A stretch of 64,000 nucleotides of DNA from Camelus dromedarius (taxonomy: Eukaryota): positions 92,690,001 to 92,754,000 of the forward strand of contig NC_087439.1 in the NCBI RefSeq assembly GCF_036321535.1, written 5' to 3'. Under the pieces are notes generated by a model. It was not told where the DNA came from and made no database searches. It worked only from the letters and a program-made list of their open reading frames with translations. How positions within the stretch are numbered: position 1 is the first letter of the stretch; every line of letters begins with the position of its first letter. A program made the translations under genes and the position numbers. Shown piece after piece: positions 39,483 to 51,134 of the stretch.

Positions 39483-41463
39483 GTCTGTATTGGTGCTTTT
39501 ATTCCGTCCATGTTCCAAGTGCAACCCATTTAAAAAAGAACTTATATTCAGGTACTTATTTATCTACTGATCTTTCTAAATATTTCCACCTCTCAGTCTC
39601 TTGCTAACAGTCCTGGGTGAGCTAAATCGTTAAAGAGTCTCCAGTAGTGTGGTGAAGGCTTGTGATGGTCTTTGAGAGGAGTGACAGGAAGGGGTGAGGG
39701 TCTGTAATAGGTTTGGGAAGCAATGGTGTGATTCAACCCAGACTGCCCTTTGGTAAAGGCACCACGTCGTGGTTGTGCAGTTTTCTCCAGCTGAGCAGGA
39801 GCGGAGAACTTGAGCCGTGAACTCATCCACCGGGGTTTTTGCTTCATGGTGTTCAGTAGCAGGATTTAAGAACTAGCAAATTGCATTTGTTGACACGATA
39901 GTTCTTAGTGGTGTAGTGTTGGAAGGGACTGAGGTGTGGTCACAGGAGACCTAAACACCCAAAGGAGGCAGAGGTTTCAGAGAGGTCGAATAAACTAAAT
40001 GGGAGTGACACAATGGTGGAGAGAGAAGACGGGGTTCCTGTGATCGGGAGCAAGAGATCACCGAGTCCAACTTTTGAGAGATGGAACCGTGCTGACGAGG
40101 TGTCTTCTTCCCGAGAGTTGGTGTCTGGTGTGTGATGTGGGGATGTACCAGCGTTGGACTGCATGTCTTCTGCTTGGGACACTGAAGTCATTAAGGATGG
40201 TGGGCAGGGCTAGGGAGGAGATAAAACTGAGGCTATAAATGTAATGAAGGTGGGGGTAGGGATGCTGAGAAAGGAGTCTCAAAGGGAAGGGTTTGTTAGG
40301 AAGGGTCGACCGCATCACCAGACCTATCCCGCCACACCCCACCCCAGGTTTCCGTGGCGGTAACAGGGCTTTCCTGATCATTCCAGAGGCATCTTACAAA
40401 ACCCCGGATGTTTGGGTTCAATTGAAATAGGACTCTAGGGGGCTGGATTTGCTTCTTAATCTACCGAGTTAGCCATGTATTTTGCCCGTTTATGCCATAG
40501 TCATTGAATTGATCTTAACTGCTATGGCTTTAAATGTCTTCTAGGTTTTGTATTTTTACTGTCGTAGCTCTGTTTATTAATGTATATATTATTTTCAAGA
40601 ACACCGACTTCATTTTCCTTTTTTGCTCACAACACAGATAATCATTTTTTTGTGTGTTTATTTTTTGGTCTGTGTTTCTGTTTAGTTTGTGTTGGTGGGG
40701 GGAGGTAATTAGGTTTATTCATTTAATTTTTTAATATCGAGGCACTGAGGACTGTACCCAGCCCCTTGCGCACGCTAAGCGTACGATCTACCGCTTGAGC
40801 GCTGCCCTCTTCCTGCAAAGGATCTGACCTACTTGGTTTTCTTCTTCCTTGAAGTGGTGCATTTGTCCCGTTACACAATCTGTATGTATCCGTTAGATTT
40901 GTAAAAGTGAAAAGTCGGAAGGCATTTAAAAATTATTGCCGCTGTTTTCCTTCTAGTTTTCCAATGGGAATATATTGTATGGAGTTTGACTGCATTGGTT
41001 CAAGTCTTCACTCCCATTTTTCTAGCTGCATGACCTTGGGTGGGTGACCTAAGCATTCTGGCCTTAGTATTGCCACACTGAGCACACAATAAATATGATC
41101 CATTTTCGTGATTTAGAAGATGCCGAGCAGGACAAGGTATGTCATCTGGAGGCATTTAGATAGGTTTGTGCCAATTATTTGTTACACGACAGATCATTTA
41201 CATTGAAATCCTCAAGTATCATAACAGGGTATGCACACCGTTGTCATGTTTGTTCCACTAAATAGTCTTTTACTTTGAGATTTTATCACTTTTATTTATT
41301 TGGCTTGGTTTACCCGTAGATATCACTCCTTTAAATGTTTATGGAAATTGATCTCAAACTATGAAAGATTGAAGTCTAAATCTTTTATATGTGTGTTCCT
41401 TTTCCTTCTTAAGATTTAGGATGGGTTGCATTATCTTATTGGTGTTCTCAAAAAAAAAAAAAC

Positions 41464-41480
41464 ACGCAGCGCTCGACTGT
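41464..41480 (-). other. Probable untrimmed PacBio barcode (bc1008) at contig end
   Basis: acgcagcgctcgactgt is not part of the repeat unit (which continues ctctaggattt) and is the reverse complement of ACAGTCGAGCGCTGCGT, the bc1008 barcode as I recall it. Confidence 0.8.
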
Positions 41481-41680
41481 NNNNNNNNNNNNNNNNNNNN
41501 NNNNNNNNNNNNNNNNNNNNNNNNNNNNNNNNNNNNNNNNNNNNNNNNNNNNNNNNNNNNNNNNNNNNNNNNNNNNNNNNNNNNNNNNNNNNNNNNNNNN
41601 NNNNNNNNNNNNNNNNNNNNNNNNNNNNNNNNNNNNNNNNNNNNNNNNNNNNNNNNNNNNNNNNNNNNNNNNNNNNNNNN
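41481..41680. other. Scaffolding gap (exactly 200 N)
   Basis: Round length; the two flanks are not colinear with a repeat unit. Confidence 0.9.
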
Positions 41681-41722
41681 CAGCTGAGCAGGAGCCGAGA
41701 ACTTGAGCTGTGAACCATCCAT
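41681..41722 (+). repeat. Diverged fragment of the cassette downstream intron
   Basis: cagctgagcaggagccgagaacttgagctgtgaaccatcca aligns to 12194-12235 with about 3 differences. Confidence 0.75.
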
Positions 41723-41734
41723 ACTGAAAACAGA

Positions 41735-44700
41735 ATTGTTTCCTTAATTTCTCTGTCTGGTAGTTCATTGTCAGTGTATATAGAAATGCAATTGGTTTCT
41801 GCAGAATAAATTTGTAACTTCAACTTACTGAATTCACTGATGTGTTCTAGTTCTTTTTTGTGGCACCTTTAGGATTTTCTACGTAAAGTAAGTATCTTAT
41901 TATCTCTAAAGAGTGATCATTTTATTACTTCTTTTCCAATTTTGGTACTTTTTTTTCTTTTTGTGGCTAAGGCTTACAGTATTATTTTGAATAAAAGTGA
42001 CAAGAGTGGGCATTCTTGTCTTGCGCCTGTTCTTAGAGGAAATGCTTTCAGCTTTTCACCATTCAGTGTGATGCTAGCTCTGGGCTTGTCATGTATGTGT
42101 TTAAGTAAGTTAAGGCATTTTACCTCTGTATCCGCTTTGTGGAGAGTTTTGTCATAAATGGATGTTTCATTTTGTTAAAAGCTTTTCTCACATCTATTGA
42201 GATGATCATATGACTTTTAATCTTCAATTTTTTAATAGGGTGATTGATTTGTAGATATTGTACCATTTTTGCATCCTTGGGATAAATCTTACTGGATCGT
42301 GGTGTATGATCCTTTTAATGTATTGCTGAGTTTGGTTTGCTAATATGTTGTTGAGAATTTTTGCATCAATGTAACTCAGCAACATTTTCCTGTCATTTTT
42401 TGTGTAGTTGTGTGATATCTTTGTCTGGTTTTGTTATCAGGGTGATGTTGGCCTTCCAGTATGAGTTCAGAAGCATTTCCTCCTCTGCTATTTTTGGAAT
42501 AGTTTGAGGTGGACAGATGTTAAGTCTTCTCTAAATGTTTGGTAGAATTTACCTGTGAAGCCTTCTGGTCCTGGAGGTTTATTTCTTGAGAGTCATTTTA
42601 TTGCTGATTCAATTTCGTAACTGGTAATTGTTCTGTTCATACTCTCTGTTTCTTGCTGGTTCAGTCTTAGGAGAGTGTGCATTTCTAGGAGCTTGTCCAT
42701 GTGTTCTAAGTTGTTCCTTTTACTGGCATATAAGTATTCACAATAATCTCTTATGGTTCTTCATATTTTTGTAGTGTTGGTTGTGGCTTCTCCCTTTTTA
42801 TTTCTGACTTGATTGATTTGAGCCCTGTCTTTTTCTTGATGAGTCTGGCTAAAGATTTATCAATTTTGTTTATCTTTTCAAAGAATCAGTTCTTAGTTTC
42901 ATTGATCTTTTTAATTTTTGCTTTTACCTTTATTAGTTATTTCCTCATACTAACTTTGGGCGTTTGTTCTTTTTGTTTGTTTGTTTTAGTTGCTTTAGGT
43001 GTAAGTTTAGGTTGTTAATTTGAGATTTTTCTTATAAGGTAATCTTACTGAGATTATCTTATTCTTAAGGTAGGCTTATATTGTTATAAACTTCCCCTTT
43101 AGAACTACTTTTGCTGTGTCCAGTATGTTTTGGATCATTGTGTTTTCATTTTCATTTGTCTCCAGGTATTTTTAAAATTTCCTCTTTGATTTCTTCAGTG
43201 ACCCACTGGTTGTTTAGTGGCATATTGTTTAGCCTCTGTGTGCGTGTGTGTGTTTTCTGCAGCTGTTTCCTTGTAGTTGATTTCTGCTTTCATTGTGGTT
43301 GTAAAAGGTGCTTGATATGATTTCAGTCTTAAGTTTACTGAGACTTCTTCTGTAGCCTAACATGTGATCCTTCCTAGAAACGTCTCATGTGCACTTGAAA
43401 ATAATGCGTATTCTGTTGCCTTTGGATGGAATGTTCTATGTATATCTACTAGGTCTAACTGGTCTAATGTTCGTTTAAGGCCAGTATTTCCTTAATGATT
43501 TTCTGTCCAAATGATGTGTTTATTGATGTATGTGGGTTTTTTAACGTATCCTAGTATTGTTGTTTACTGTCAACCTCTCCTTTTATGTCTGTTGATATTT
43601 GCTTTTGGTATTTGGGGGCATATATATTTACAATGGTCATATCCTCTTGTAGAACTGATCCCTTGATCATTAGGTAGTGTCCTTCTTTGTCTCCTATTTT
43701 AGTCTTTGCTTTAAAGTCTATTTTGTCTGATGTAAGTATTGCTACCCCAGCTTTCCCATTTGCATGTTATATCTTTTCCCATCCTTTCACTTTCAGTCTC
43801 TGTGTGTCTTTAGATCTGACGTGGGTCTCTTGTAGGTAGCATATATTATGGATCTTATTTGTATATGAGTTCAGCCACCCNNNNNNNNNNNNNNNNNNNN
43901 NNNNNNNNNNNNNNNNNNNNNNNNNNNNNNNNNNNNNNNNNNNNNNNNNNNNNNNNNNNNNNNNNNNNNNNNNNNNNNNNNNNNNNNNNNNNNNNNNNNN
44001 NNNNNNNNNNNNNNNNNNNNNTCTCTTCCCTAGTGATTTGATGACTATCTTTGGAGTTACTTTTGGGTTCCTTTCTCTTTTTTTGTATGATTTATAGATT
44101 TTTAGTTTGTGGTTACCATGAGGTTTATATATAGCAATCTATTTCTCTATCTATCATTATATTATTATTTTAAGTTGTCAATTTCTAGTTCAAATGCATT
44201 TTAACAACCCTGAATTTTTACTCTCCCCCCACGTTTATTGTTTTTGACATCATATTTCACATCTTTTTGTTTTGTGTAGCCCTCAACTACTTATTGTGGA
44301 TATACATAATTTTACTACTTTGTTTTTTAAACTTCCTGCTAGGTTTATGCCTGGTTGATATACTTTTACTGTATATTTGCTTTTACCAATGAAATTTCTC
44401 CTTTCCTCATTTTCGCATTTCTAGTTGCAGCCTTTACTTTTCACTTAGAGAACTCCCTTTGACATTTCTTGTAAAGCTAGTTTCATGGTAGTGAACTTTA
44501 AGCTTTTGCTTGTCTGTGAGGCTTTTAATCTCTCCTTTGAATCAAATGAAAGCCTTGCAGAGTAGAGCACTCTTGGTTGTAGGTTTTCCCCTTTCATCAC
44601 TTTGAATATATTGTGCCACTCCCTTCTGACCTGCAGAGTTTCTGCTGAAAAGTTAGCTGATAAACTTACGGGTTACCTGTGGGGTCTGAGGTTTCCCGAA

Positions 44701-45775
44701 GCTGGTGATGGCTTGCTGGTGCATGGGGCCAGGACCCAGGGGATCCTGGTGCTGGTGCCAGCCTGCTTGTGGGTGGGCTTGGTCTTGGGGCTAATGCTGG
44801 CTTCCTGGTAGGTAGGGCTGGGTCCTGGAGTCTCTGGCTGCAGGGCCTAGGGATCCTGGAGCTGGTGTCAGCCTTTTGGAAAGTAGGGCCAATGTCCAGG
44901 GGGTCTCTGGGCTAGCGCTGGTGCGCTGGTAGGTGGGTCCGGGTCCTGGGCCATCTGATGGACAGGGCCAGGTCTGGTGGCTGGGACCAGGCCCCGTGTG
45001 GTGGGAGTTCAGGGAGTTCTAAGGAAGCTGGCCTGCTGGTGGGTGGTCTGTGTCCCCACTCAGCTAGCTGCTTGGCCCCAGGTGTCTTAGTACTGGTTCC
45101 TACAGGGTGGGGCTGGGTCCTGGCACTAGTAAGCTAGAGGCAGGATTCCAAAATGGCACTTGCCAGCACCAGTGTCATCGTGGTGGAACAGAGCTCTCCA
45201 AAATGGCGGCCGCCACTGACTGTATCACCAAGATGATCTCTAGTTGCCTCCTGCTTCTGTGGGAGATTCTCCAAGATCAGCAGGTGGGTCTGACTCAGGC
45301 TCTTTTCAGATAATTGCTTCTGCCTGGGGTCCCAGTGTGTGTGAGATCTTGTGTGCACCTTTTAAGAGTGGAGTCTTTATTTCCTACAGCCCTCTGGCTT
45401 TCTTGAAAGCAAGCCCCACTGGCCTTCAAAGCCAAATGTTCTGGGACCTCTTCTTCCTGGTGCAGGACCCTGGGCTGGGAAGCCAAATATGGAGCTCAGA
45501 CCCCTAGCTCCTTAGGGAGAATCTCTGCAATTGTAGTTATCCTCTCATCTGTGGGTTGTCCACCTAGAGGTGTGGGCCTTGATTATACCACGTCTCCACC
45601 TCTCCTACACAGCTTGTTGTGCTTCCTTCTTTATAGGTTGTAGAAGAACTTTTATGCTAGTTTTCAAGTTTTTCTCATTAATATTTTCTCTGTAAATTGT
45701 GATAATATTGGTGTGCCCATGGGAGGAGGTGAGCTCAGGGTCTTCTAACTCCTCCATCTTGATCACTCCCCCCAA
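41735..45775 (-). mobile_element. Degraded L1 (5'UTR, ORF1/ORF2 remnants), 3' part missing
   Basis: Antisense ORF2-type text at 41735-44660, GC-rich 5' region, and L1 5' terminus (reverse complement ggagtgatcaagatggaggagttagaagaccctgagctcacctcc) near 45770. Confidence 0.75.
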
Positions 45776-45799
45776 TATAAAATTATTAATGAAGTATTT

Positions 45800-45920
45800 C
45801 ATATTTTTTCTTTTATACTAAGCCTTCAAAATCTGTTATGTACTTTACACTTTCAACATGTATCAATTTGGACTATCCACATTTCAAGTCATGTGTAGCT
45901 AGTGGCTACTATATCAGATA
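45800..45920. mobile_element. MER3/MER33-like hAT fragment
   Basis: ggactatccacatttcaagt...gctagtggctactatatcagatagc. Confidence 0.5.
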
Positions 45921-46179
45921 GCATATGATCAACGTTTGTAAATATTCCATATATACATACACCTAAAATGTATATTATCAATTAAAAAAACTTCAATATG
46001 CACAATTCTGAAAATGATGTCTTAAAATATTTCCCCATTTAACTGAATTTTGCCCAATTTACATTTGGAATTTTTAATAATTTTTACTTTAAACATATAG
46101 CTGCTCAACTAGGGCATATAGGTATATGACTGCTGTATTTTCTTCATAAAATTTGCCTTTTAAAAATGTTCTTGGTAAA

Positions 46180-47480
46180 CATTTTTTTACCATCTTAACC
46201 ATTTTTAAGTGTAGTTTAGTAGCCTTAATTACACTCACATTGTTGTGCAACCTATCTCCAGAACTCATCTTCAAAAACTGAAACTCTATACCCCTTAAAC
46301 AACACATCCTCACTTCCCNNNNNNNNNNNNNNNNNNNNNNNNNNNNNNNNNNNNNNNNNNNNNNNNNNNNNNNNNNNNNNNNNNNNNNNNNNNNNNNNNN
46401 NNNNNNNNNNNNNNNNNNNNNNNNNNNNNNNNNNNNNNNNNNNNNNNNNNNNNNNNNNNNNNNNNNNNGTTGTTTTATATGTCAAAATTTCCTTTCTTTT
46501 TTAAGGTCAAATAATATCCCATTGTATAGACAACAGTTTGCTTATCTATTCATCCGTCAATGGATATACAGTTTGCTTATCTATTCATCTGTTAACGGAC
46601 ATAGGTTGCNNNNNNNNNNNNNNNNNNNNNNNNNNNNNNNNNNNNNNNNNNNNNNNNNNNNNNNNNNNNNNNNNNNNNNNNNNNNNNNNNNNNNNNNNNN
46701 NNNNNNNNNNNNNNNNNNNNNNNNNNNNNNNNNNNNNNNNNNNNNNNNNNNNNNNNNNNNNNNNNNNNNNNNNNNNNNNNNNNNNAATGCACTGCACCAT
46801 TTTACATTTCCACCAACAGTACACAGGGGTTTCAATTTCTCCACATCCTGTTCAACACTTGTTTTGCNNNNNNNNNNNNNNNNNNNNNNNNNNNNNNNNN
46901 NNNNNNNNNNNNNNNNNNNNNNNNNNNNNNNNNNNNNNNNNNNNNNNNNNNNNNNNNNNNNNNNNNNNNNNNNNNNNNNNNNNNNNNNNNNNNNNNNNNN
47001 NNNNNNNNNNNNNNNNNNNNNNNNNNNNNNNNNNNNGGTCTTTTTGTTGTTGAGTTTTAGTTCTCTATATATTCTGGATATTAATCTCTTATAAGGTTTG
47101 CAAATATTTCTTCCCATTCTATGGTTTGCCTTTTTAATCTGTTGATAATGTCTTTTGATGCACGTATTTTTCATGAAGTCCAATTTGTCTATTTATTCAT
47201 TACCCATGACTTTTGTGTAATTTTCAAGAAATATTTGCCAAATTCAATGTTGTGAAGCTCTATCCTATGTTTTCTTCTAGGAGCTTTATAGTTTAAGTCT
47301 TATATTTAGGTCTTTGATCCATTTTGAGTTAATTTTTGTATATGGTGTTCTTAAGAGGCCAACTTCATTTTTTTTTTTTTTGCATTCAGATATCCAGTTT
47401 TCCCAGTACCATTTGTCGAAAAGACTGTCCCTATTGAATAGTCTGCACCCTTGCCAAATATAACTTGACCATATATGTGA
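46180..47480 (-). mobile_element. L1M 3' region/ORF2 end, with three N-runs
   Basis: ttaaccatttttaagtgtagttt...ttgtgcaacc; tttcccagtaccatttgtcgaaaagact. Confidence 0.7.
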
Positions 47481-47759
47481 CATCTATCTCTTTCAACTTA
47501 AAAAGAAAACTTTATTAAAATGTTTCCTTAAATTTTCTTTAAATAACACTTAAAAAATTCCATCCAAACTCATTTTTTTTTTGATGTAAGAATTCTGTCC
47601 ATTCATACAATATAATTGCTTGATTTTATTCCTTCCCTTTAGTATCAGCTCATTCTTTTTACATAAGTGTTTCCTTTTTCCAAACAATTTTTTTTTTGTT
47701 AAGTTGGGAAGTCTCTGGCACTTTTCCATTTCCATGTAAACGCAGTACAGCATCTTTAA

Positions 47760-47960
47760 ATCTCTGTCTTGCCTCCCTCTTTGACTTGTGAGGATCCCTG
47801 TGGTTACACTGAGCCTATCCCGATAATCCAAGGTAATCTCCCATTTCAAGACCCTTAATCATATCTACAGAGTCCCTCTGCCATGTAAGGCAACACAGTC
47901 AGAGGTTCCAGGGATTAGAATGTGAACGTCTTTGCAAGGCCATTTTTCTGCCTACCATAC
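47760..47960. mobile_element. MLT1 (MaLR) LTR fragment
   Basis: gataatccaaggtaatctcccatttcaag...ctgccatgtaagg...cagaggttccagggattag. Confidence 0.6.
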
Positions 47961-48959
47961 AGAGTCAGCCTAAAGTTAAGCCCAGATCTTACTGAAAGTT
48001 TTCCTCTAACTTATTGAACTTTTTCTTCTGGTTTCTTTTTTGGGAACATCTGTCATTCATAGATTTCTACTTTTCAAGCTCTGTTGCTATCATATTCCTA
48101 TCCAATTTTATCTTCTCTATTTTTCTGATGCATTCTGGGAGATGATTTCTGGAAAAGCATATTTCTGTCACTGATTTTTCTTTCTGCATTATCAATTCTG
48201 AACTTTATTGCTTTCAATGTGCATTTTAAATAATTCATTTTTTTGCTTCCTTCAAGTTCCTGGCTCCCCCACCCATGATCTGAATATTCATTTTCAACAA
48301 ATAATTTTGTTTTCATAAACTTCCAAAGTAAAGAATTCATCTGAATTTTGTCAAATATAGATACCTTGAATGAAGCACCCTTCCTGATCTTACACAAGTA
48401 TTCTCATCCACTAAGTTGGGAAAAAACAAATAAAAAACAAAAAGTTTCTTTCTGATTGGGTATATTACAAGTTGCATATTAATAAGAGGAAAGAGCTTTA
48501 TTAAGTTACTAATAAGTCCAAAATTCAGCTGCATAGGCTAAAGATGGTGAATAGACTTTTCCATTAATGTGGTCATTGACTATTTCCCAGCGTGTAGGCA
48601 AACGAGACTGCTGATTATACTGACTGGTGGTAGTTGAAATTACACAGAAAGGGTTTAGAGAGCGGGAGAAGAGGACATAAAAGGAATCTGTGTTTACTGA
48701 GACAATAGGATGAGAAAGAATTAAAAATTTCTTCAGAAGTAAGCATTTAGGTGAATGACTTCCCAAGATGAGGAAGGACTTTCTCCATTTTTGGAGACAG
48801 AAGAGTGGAATCGCAGGAGAAACAAGATTGATCCCTAATGGTTACTGGAAGAGAGTTATTCTCTGTACCAAATGTTTTCAGTTGTGTGAAAAAAGCTAAA
48901 ATAAAAACAATTAAGTGCGAAGCTCCAACAGGGAAAGTGGCTGTTTGGATTCTGCTGAC

Positions 48960-50080
48960 ATGACCACAGGTCTCCAGGTCTCTTGGTGCTCACAGGAACA
49001 CAGCTCTCTCTGCCTGGCTATGTCTGTGGGAAGGTGCTAGTGATCCCATGGAGGGAATCCAATGCTGGGAACTTAAGCTGGTCATTTTTGCACCAGAGGA
49101 AATGCCTTTCTTCCACTCTGAAGGCCATTCAAACCTTTCCATAACAAAGGAAGACTGATATACAGACCCAGAGCAGTGCTATTTTTTGAGTCAAGACATT
49201 TAAAAAAAGATTTTCAATTTTGAAAATTCTTTAAATAAAATGCCTTTTATTTCTGTAAAAGGGAAACTTTCCACTTAGCAGAACTAATCCAGGATATATC
49301 AAAACTGAAGGCTGTCTTTGCCCTCAACTATTATGACTACCCAGAGCTGTTAAAGACCCATGACCTCTGGGCCACCTTGGTGTGTCAGTCTTACTGGATT
49401 CAACTGAAAACTTACCTGACCACTGAACAATGGGGACTTATTTTAACCAACAGTAGAAATTTAAGTGCATTTATTCTGCCCTAACCAGAGTGGTAATTTT
49501 CAACTCTTAATTAGCATAAGCTCCATGAAACTGTGCACCTTCCTTCCTATCACCTCAAAACTTCTAACATCCCTTCTCTCCCTGCTTCCCTCAACAACTA
49601 TGAATGTCTTCACCAGTGTGGGTTCCCTTGCCTGGCAAGCACATGAAAAGGCCCAGGAGTCTGTTTTATTGTGATACTTCTTGCACGGAGCACATAAGCA
49701 GCACTGCCCAGGTACCTCAGTGACTGTTTATTTGATATGGGTTTAAGACTCTGTCCCCATGGGAGAGTGGCTGAATCCTGTGTTCCTGCTGTGTACTGTC
49801 TGTGTGTCATTCCATGGGGGTTGGACTTTAAGGGACCAAAGGGTTTCCAAACTCAATCTCACATATTCTTAGTTTGTTAACAATGCACTCAGGCCACATG
49901 TTGCACTTCCAGTCTGTCGGGTTCAGTTGTCTTTTGGCCCTCATGCCTTACACAAGTCTTTTCTTGGAGATGACCAAGGGGGATGGCGCTTACTTTGTGA
50001 TGGACTATCCCAAGGTAACCAGACCCAAAAAGGTCTTCTTTGAGGGTATAAACTGTGCCAACAGAAAGCTACCCTTTGAG
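48960..50080 (+). pseudogene. Decayed UGT1A exon 1 (positionally UGT1A2-like)
   Basis: ctgctgacATGACCACAGGTCTCCAG start, gggaaggtgctagtgatcccatggaggga motif, homologous middle section, FVMDYP...EGINCANRK end; many indels; donor position reads gag|ac instead of cag|gt. Confidence 0.8.
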
Positions 50081-50429
50081 ACGTATTTACGCTGTTTCAC
50101 TCAATCAGTATTCCAAACTTTCCACTATTCCAAGCTTTCCAATATTTTTGACTTTTGTCAACCTAATTTGAAATGAGATAACATCCTGCAAATGGCAATG
50201 GGATAGTTTTGTGTAGCCTTGTGGAAATGCTTTTGACATTTCCAGCAATCATAGCTGTAGAACCAATTTGGATGCAGGCAAGCAATGAGATTTGCATTAA
50301 GTTTTTGAGTCAACACCGCCACTGGGTTTTTTTGTTTGCTTTTGTTTCGAATTGCTGTCAAGTGATCTGAATAGTGTCCTAAGGATGCTATTAACCAGTC
50401 ATATAACTGTGAGGGATTCACCTCACTAT

Positions 50430-50600
50430 TTTGCCTAAGCCTTTGGAGGGAGCATGCTCCCCACTAACACTGACTTCAGTCCAGTGAAAGCGATTTCAGA
50501 CTTCTAATTTTCAGATCTTAAAGAGACTAAATAATGCATTGTTTCAAGCCACCAAGTTTGTGGCAATCTGCTACAGAAGCCACAGAGAACTAATATATCA
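50430..50600 (+). mobile_element. MLT1 LTR 3' fragment
   Basis: tgtttcaagccaccaagtttgtggcaatctgctacagaagccacagagaactaatata. Confidence 0.65.
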
Positions 50601-51134
50601 CTTCTGCCAGGTTTACCTGCTTCTAAAAGGCCTAGGCTTAAGGTTGCATCTAAACTGTCAACTATTACTATGTCACCAGCATTTACGTGGAACTGAAAAC
50701 CATCCGTTAAGTCAGGAGCACTAATATATTCATATCTCCTCCTACTACGTGCTAAAAAATTGAAGTAAACTGATTCATCTTGGCAACGTTAACTTCAGAG
50801 CAAACTCCTTGGCTCAAACTTCAAACAAAATGGAAAAGCAAGGTTCAAGGTGCTGTGGTGCACAGTTTGTCCCAGTACTATGAAATAATCACTGTCTGCC
50901 TTGGGGTTATGTTTAATAAATAGCAAAGTGCATACAGATATTTACAACAGTTTTAAAGAAAAACAGAGGTCCTATTTGTGTGGTCCCAACAGTAACAATG
51001 AATAGGGTGCTGGCGTGACCTGTTTATAAATTCTTGAGTACAGTTGTTTTGAAAGTAGAGTTCACTTGCAATCTTCAAAAAATGAATGTCCTGCTAGTCC
51101 TCAGAATGCGCTCTAAGTTATACGTGGACTGGAA

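Larger units (their letters stand above)
9490..41463 (+). repeat. Tandem array of six ~5.52-kb UGT1A exon-1 cassettes
   Basis: ATGs at 11043, 16560, 22077, 27594, 33116, 38638 (spacing 5517, 5517, 5517, 5522, 5522); ORF track repeats with the same offsets; homology starts near 9490 (gagagtct(a/c)ccccagggtccactgcag) and runs to the contig end. Confidence 0.95.

Noticed and set aside
9490-41463. CRISPR-like or viral/prophage interpretation of the periodic structure
   Set aside because: The period is 5.5 kb and the units contain mammalian exons, SINEs and L1 remnants; it is a segmental tandem duplication.
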